Of a DNA stretch of 58,612 nt, positions 54,598-58,612 are shown piece after piece. The position numbers and the translations under genes were made by a program. The notes under the pieces were generated by a model. It searched no databases. It had not been told where the DNA came from and was given only the letters and a program-made list of their open reading frames with translations. Position 1 is the stretch's first letter; each line of letters starts with the position of its first letter. This DNA comes from a virus (lineage: Duplodnaviria > Heunggongvirae > Uroviricota > Caudoviricetes): IMG/VR virus record IMGVR_UViG_3300035670_000048, positions 64,001 to 122,612 of that record; one strand, written 5' to 3'.

Positions 54598-54635
54598 ATA
54601 ACAATTTTATTGTGCGTATATAAATATATAACTGA

Positions 54636-55166
54636 TTAGTTTTTTGTAATAATTATAGATTGTGGTTTATTGTATGTTATTTGTAATTTATCTAATAGAG
54701 TAAATTTATCTACCATTCGTACACTGAATTGGTATCGTTTTATTTCTAGTGGTTTTATTATTAATGTATTAGTTAATGTTTGGTCTAAAAAGTATGGTAT
54801 AACTTCATCACGGTATATTTTAGCCATTGTATTGCTGCGTTTATCCCAATCTTTTACTGTCGATGATTCAGGAACAGCGGGATCGTATTGTGGTTTTCCA
54901 TCAGAATTAAAATATCCTGTTTTTAATTCATAATATGGATTTTTAGTTGGTTGGTATGTTATTCTAACAAAATAATTATTATTTGATGAATCTACATACT
55001 GCCATAATCCTTTGATACTTTGTTCATATGAATAGGCATTGTCTGGATCTAGTAATTCACCTAATATAGTATATGATTCAAATAGATTTTGATCACCAAA
55101 ATGAGACAATGACTTATAGTCAGAATCATGTTCGATTTGATTTAGAATATCTATTAATTTTATCAT
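54636..55166 (-). CDS. Hypothetical protein
   Basis: 176 aa, N-terminus MIKLIDILNQIE. Confidence 0.7.
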   Translation of the reverse strand: MIKLIDILNQIEHDSDYKSLSHFGDQNLFESYTILGELLDPDNAYSYEQSIKGLWQYVDSSNNNYFVRITYQPTKNPYYELKTGYFNSDGKPQYDPAVPESSTVKDWDKRSNTMAKIYRDEVIPYFLDQTLTNTLIIKPLEIKRYQFSVRMVDKFTLLDKLQITYNKPQSIIITKN

Positions 55167-55182
55167 ATTATTAATGTAAATA

Positions 55183-55219
55183 AGAAATCCCTCTCCGATA
55201 ACAAGTATTGAAGAGGGAT
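55183..55219 (-). terminator. Putative terminator after the tail tube gene
   Basis: ATCCCTCT-17nt-AGAGGGAT followed by TTCTT. Confidence 0.6.
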
Positions 55220-55238
55220 AAAATATAAATAATGTTTA

Positions 55239-55724
55239 CTAGTAATTCAATACGCAGTAGTCCATAGCGATTGTTAAGTCAATCGAAACAGCTGCTTCGT
55301 TTGACCAATCATATGCACCAAAGTTAGCAGTTTTAGCATATGCACCTTTGATAATCCATTCAGAAACTACATCACCAACTGGTCCTAATACGTTGATAAC
55401 GATATCTTTTTTATAGAAATCTGAATATCCGTCACGTCCAGTTACTGATTCGTGTGCTAAACGAGCCCACTCCATAATTGATTGTGCACCAGATGGTGTT
55501 ACTGGATCATATAAAGTGAAAGACATATCTTGCCATCTTACTTTACCTTTAACTTTACGGTAAGTGTTAATGTGGTCTAATACGATTTCGCCAGCATCAA
55601 ATGATGGAGACTGAACTGATTTAATTAGGTATGCTGGGATACCATCTATATATGCTATGAAACGGTTTTGAACTTTTGGTTCAAAAGCCGAAAACATTAT
55701 CTCTGAAGGATCTAATACTGCCAT
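55239..55724 (-). CDS. Tail tube protein (T4 gp19-like)
   Basis: FEPKVQNRF, WQDMSFTLYDP, EWIIKGAY, DLTIAMDYC. Confidence 0.92.
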   Translation of the reverse strand: MAVLDPSEIMFSAFEPKVQNRFIAYIDGIPAYLIKSVQSPSFDAGEIVLDHINTYRKVKGKVRWQDMSFTLYDPVTPSGAQSIMEWARLAHESVTGRDGYSDFYKKDIVINVLGPVGDVVSEWIIKGAYAKTANFGAYDWSNEAAVSIDLTIAMDYCVLNY

Positions 55725-55770
55725 TTGTTATATTATTGTTTATTATAAATATATATCATTTAAATTTTTA

Positions 55771-57489
55771 TTATGCTGGAAATGCTGCTCCTGTTGGTTG
55801 AAGTGTGAAATCCAAGATAATAAATTCAGCAGTTTTAGTAGGTTGAACATAAATCTGACCAATTAATTGGTTACGATCAATTACGTCTGCTGTATTATTT
55901 GTTTCGTCCATTACTACTTTGTAAGCGTATAATCCTTGTTTTGAAACGATTTGTTCCATATATGGATTAACGATTGATAAGAAGCGATTACGAGTTACTG
56001 TTGTGTTTTGTTCAAATACTAACTGACGAGAAACTGAAGATACGTAGCGCTTCAAGTTGATCAATAAACGACGTACGTTTACGCGATCTAATGATGTAGC
56101 ACGTTTTTGTAAAGTTTTCTGTCCAAATGCTACAACTCCCTCACCTGGGAATGTTGCTAATGGATTTACGTTAGCTGAATATAAATCGTCACGATCAGTT
56201 GCTGCTAATTTACGTTCTGCACGAATTACAGATCCGATTCCACCACGATTTAAACCTGCTGGAGCGAACCATTCAGCACCTACATTATCGTTAAATGCAT
56301 AAACACCTGCCATCACTACTGATGCTGGAGTCCATACTGATTTTCCTAATGTTGAGCTAAATGTTTGAACCCATGGCCAGTAAGTAGCTGCGTAATTTGA
56401 AGTCGAACCTGCGGCTGCTGAAATTGCTGCTGTTTTAGTTGAGCCATAAGCAACTGGATCTACAATAGCGAATGCATCACCTCTATTTTCGCAAGTCGAA
56501 ATTACTGATGTATTCATGAATGTACCTGGAGCAAGTAATAAGTTGAAATCGAATTCTTCTTTATTTGCTAATAATGATAATGCTGCTGTGTAGTCGTCTG
56601 CTGGTGAGAATCCTTGAGCATTATTTGCTGTAATGTTTTCGAAATATAAGCCTTCGCGAGTTGTGTCTGCAACACCACCTGCGAATGTACCACCGAATGA
56701 ACCTGAACCAATTGCTGGTAATGATCCTGAGTAAGTAGCTGCTTTAAATACACCTTCGTTATCGATTGAGTCAACGTGTAAAGTTGAAACACCAGCAACA
56801 CGAATATATTCACTTGCTACTGGATAAGAACCAGTTACTTGTAAATATCCACCATCAGTTGATGTGTATACAAATTTCTGATCACCAATTACACGTGAGA
56901 TAAAGTTTGGTTGTTGTGGGTCTAACGATAAGTTAGAGAATGTTTCTAATATATTTTTATTTGATGTTGTATCATCACCTCTACGTACTACTAAAGTAAA
57001 TGTACCTTTTGTATAGTCTGTATTTGTTACTTCCCAACGAACGTTGTCTGCAGTACCTGATCCTAAAGCATTTGCTGCTGAAATTGAACCAGTGTTATTT
57101 GCTTGAGTACCGAATGATAATACTTCTAAAGTAAATGAAGCAGAAGCAGCAGCAGATAAAGCAGAACCTGATTTATTTACGTATGCTTGTGAGTATGTGT
57201 TATAAACAGAACCAGATACGATACGAGTTACTAATAATGATTGTCCACCACCTGAAAAATATTCCTTAGCAGTTAATGATGTTAAGTATTCGTAGTATTG
57301 GCTACCTGATTTGAAAGTTTCACCAAATTTTGATTGATATTCTGAATATGAAGTAACTACAGTCGGAACTAATGGTTGTCCTTTAACCGTTGGTCCAACG
57401 ATTGCAGCACCAGTTACAACAGGTCCTCTTGAAACTAATGACTTATCGCTTTCACGAGTAAATACATTAGGTGATATAATTTTTTCCAT
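55771..57489 (-). CDS. Tail sheath protein (T4 gp18-like)
   Basis: SPNVFTRE, WFAPAGLNRG, GQKTLQ, DRVNVRRLL, PTKTAEFI. Confidence 0.96.
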   Translation of the reverse strand: MEKIISPNVFTRESDKSLVSRGPVVTGAAIVGPTVKGQPLVPTVVTSYSEYQSKFGETFKSGSQYYEYLTSLTAKEYFSGGGQSLLVTRIVSGSVYNTYSQAYVNKSGSALSAAASASFTLEVLSFGTQANNTGSISAANALGSGTADNVRWEVTNTDYTKGTFTLVVRRGDDTTSNKNILETFSNLSLDPQQPNFISRVIGDQKFVYTSTDGGYLQVTGSYPVASEYIRVAGVSTLHVDSIDNEGVFKAATYSGSLPAIGSGSFGGTFAGGVADTTREGLYFENITANNAQGFSPADDYTAALSLLANKEEFDFNLLLAPGTFMNTSVISTCENRGDAFAIVDPVAYGSTKTAAISAAAGSTSNYAATYWPWVQTFSSTLGKSVWTPASVVMAGVYAFNDNVGAEWFAPAGLNRGGIGSVIRAERKLAATDRDDLYSANVNPLATFPGEGVVAFGQKTLQKRATSLDRVNVRRLLINLKRYVSSVSRQLVFEQNTTVTRNRFLSIVNPYMEQIVSKQGLYAYKVVMDETNNTADVIDRNQLIGQIYVQPTKTAEFIILDFTLQPTGAAFPA

Positions 57490-57568
57490 TTATGCTATGA
57501 AATTTAATGATGACAATTGAGTATTTCTATAATAAATATATAATACCTATTTAAAAACGAAAGGAGAG

Positions 57569-57835
57569 CTATGATAGCTCCCCTGTTTCGAAATTGATTT
57601 TTTGATCTGGATATGTCGTCTGGAGCGTTTCTAAAAGTGCTTTCTCCTTATCCTGAAGTGTTTTATACGTTGATACGTAGTTTTCTATATCTTCGTCTAG
57701 TTTTGCTAATTCTTTTTGAAGTAGATTACGCGTTAGCGATAATTCTCCAAATTCGAATGTGACTAACTGGAAGTTCTGTCGGAGGTCTTTTACTTGTTGT
57801 AACTGCTCGTCTGTGATTTTGCTTGATTTGATCAT
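57569..57835 (-). CDS. Coiled-coil hypothetical protein
   Basis: Heptad pattern; ends INFETGEL. Confidence 0.75.
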   Translation of the reverse strand: MIKSSKITDEQLQQVKDLRQNFQLVTFEFGELSLTRNLLQKELAKLDEDIENYVSTYKTLQDKEKALLETLQTTYPDQKINFETGELS

Positions 57836-57845
57836 AACTTTTATT

Positions 57846-58076
57846 TTATACGTCCCACTTTCCTTCGGGACATGATTTTTCTACTGGTGAATATATTTTG
57901 CCCTTTAATGGGCACCCGCACTTTCCACAAAAAAAGAAGTCACCCACGTCATTGTATTTTCTGAATGGGCATTCATTACAGACAGCAATCCGCTGATCAG
58001 CAATACGTTGTTGCTCATCAGACGGATTTATTGCTGTAATCCATGATTTGGTTATTTCTAGAAACTTAGATAACAT
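57846..58076 (-). CDS. Small Cys-rich (Zn-binding) protein
   Basis: CNECP...CGKCGCPL...SCPEGKW. Confidence 0.75.
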   Translation of the reverse strand: MLSKFLEITKSWITAINPSDEQQRIADQRIAVCNECPFRKYNDVGDFFFCGKCGCPLKGKIYSPVEKSCPEGKWDV

Positions 58077-58567
58077 TACTTTACTTCTTCAGCGCTAACT
58101 TCTTCAACTGGAGCTTCAATTAAGTACTTCAATACTAGATTGTAGTTTTCTTCTGTTTCGATTTTATCTAATTCAGATAATTTGATTTGTGGAACTTTAA
58201 TGTCTTTTGACTCGCCCAATAACGCACTATATTCAGTATTGAATTCAACGTATTTTGGATTAACGGCAGATAATGCGTTTCCTTCAGCGTCTTTTTCGCC
58301 AGTTTCAACATACATCGAAATACCGATATTTCCATCAGCATCTGCTGTACCGTGTTTTTTGATTAGCTCGTCGCGTAATGCTTCGATTGCTTTCTTTTCA
58401 GCACCTAACGTTTCAACTAATCCGTTTAGCCAGTATTTAGTTGTTAATGTTAGTTTTTGAGATAATAAACCTTCAAGTACGCGTTCGCCTGTTTTTTGAT
58501 TCGAAACGCCAGCTAATTCAGCTTCTAATTGTAGTAATTCAAATAATTTGAATGATTGTGTTTTCAT
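58076..58567 (-). CDS. Hypothetical protein
   Basis: 163 aa acidic ORF preceded by ATATTTAT. Confidence 0.75.
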   Translation of the reverse strand: MKTQSFKLFELLQLEAELAGVSNQKTGERVLEGLLSQKLTLTTKYWLNGLVETLGAEKKAIEALRDELIKKHGTADADGNIGISMYVETGEKDAEGNALSAVNPKYVEFNTEYSALLGESKDIKVPQIKLSELDKIETEENYNLVLKYLIEAPVEEVSAEEVK

Positions 58568-58612
58568 ATTGTAACTTCTATTTTGTTATTTGTATATAAA
58601 TATATAAGAAAG

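Noticed and set aside
1-58612. CRISPR array, rRNA, integrase or transposase
   Set aside because: No regularly spaced repeats, rRNA-like sequence or recombinase motifs seen.

Overview
58.6 kb segment of a large, AT-rich T4-like (myovirus-type, contractile-tail) bacteriophage genome, standard genetic code, almost all genes on the minus strand. The host is probably Bacteroidota (inferred from no Shine-Dalgarno signals, A-rich starts, TAnnTTT-like promoters and outer-membrane/lipoprotein genes). Order: chaperones (groEL partial, groES, Hsp20); sliding clamp; PolB; a glycosylation cassette (GME-like epimerase, GT11, GT25, two GT60); MazG-like, Acb1-like and folE; a lysis/secreted surface-protein cluster (GH19 endolysin, CsgG-like, cohesin/dockerin-like); an array of 24 tRNAs covering all 20 amino acids; thyA; queE/queC/queD plus a TGT-like gene; nrdAB/trx; helicase, 5'-3' exonuclease, RecA, SSB and a PolA-like gene; baseplate, tape measure, tube and sheath; three free-standing homing endonucleases. 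Best new candidate: the tRNA array sits behind a 43-codon leader ORF (24690-24821, not in the ORF track). Its first 33 codons encode all 20 amino acids and both Leu, Ser and Arg codon boxes. It carries an antiterminator that competes with an intrinsic terminator just before the first tRNA. This looks like a ribosome-stalling attenuator that could sense loss of any host tRNA. The array also holds a circularly permuted tRNA-like (YrlA-like) RNA, a boxA-like element and an embedded RNase H-fold gene. All calls come from reading motifs by eye; no database searches or folding programs were run.
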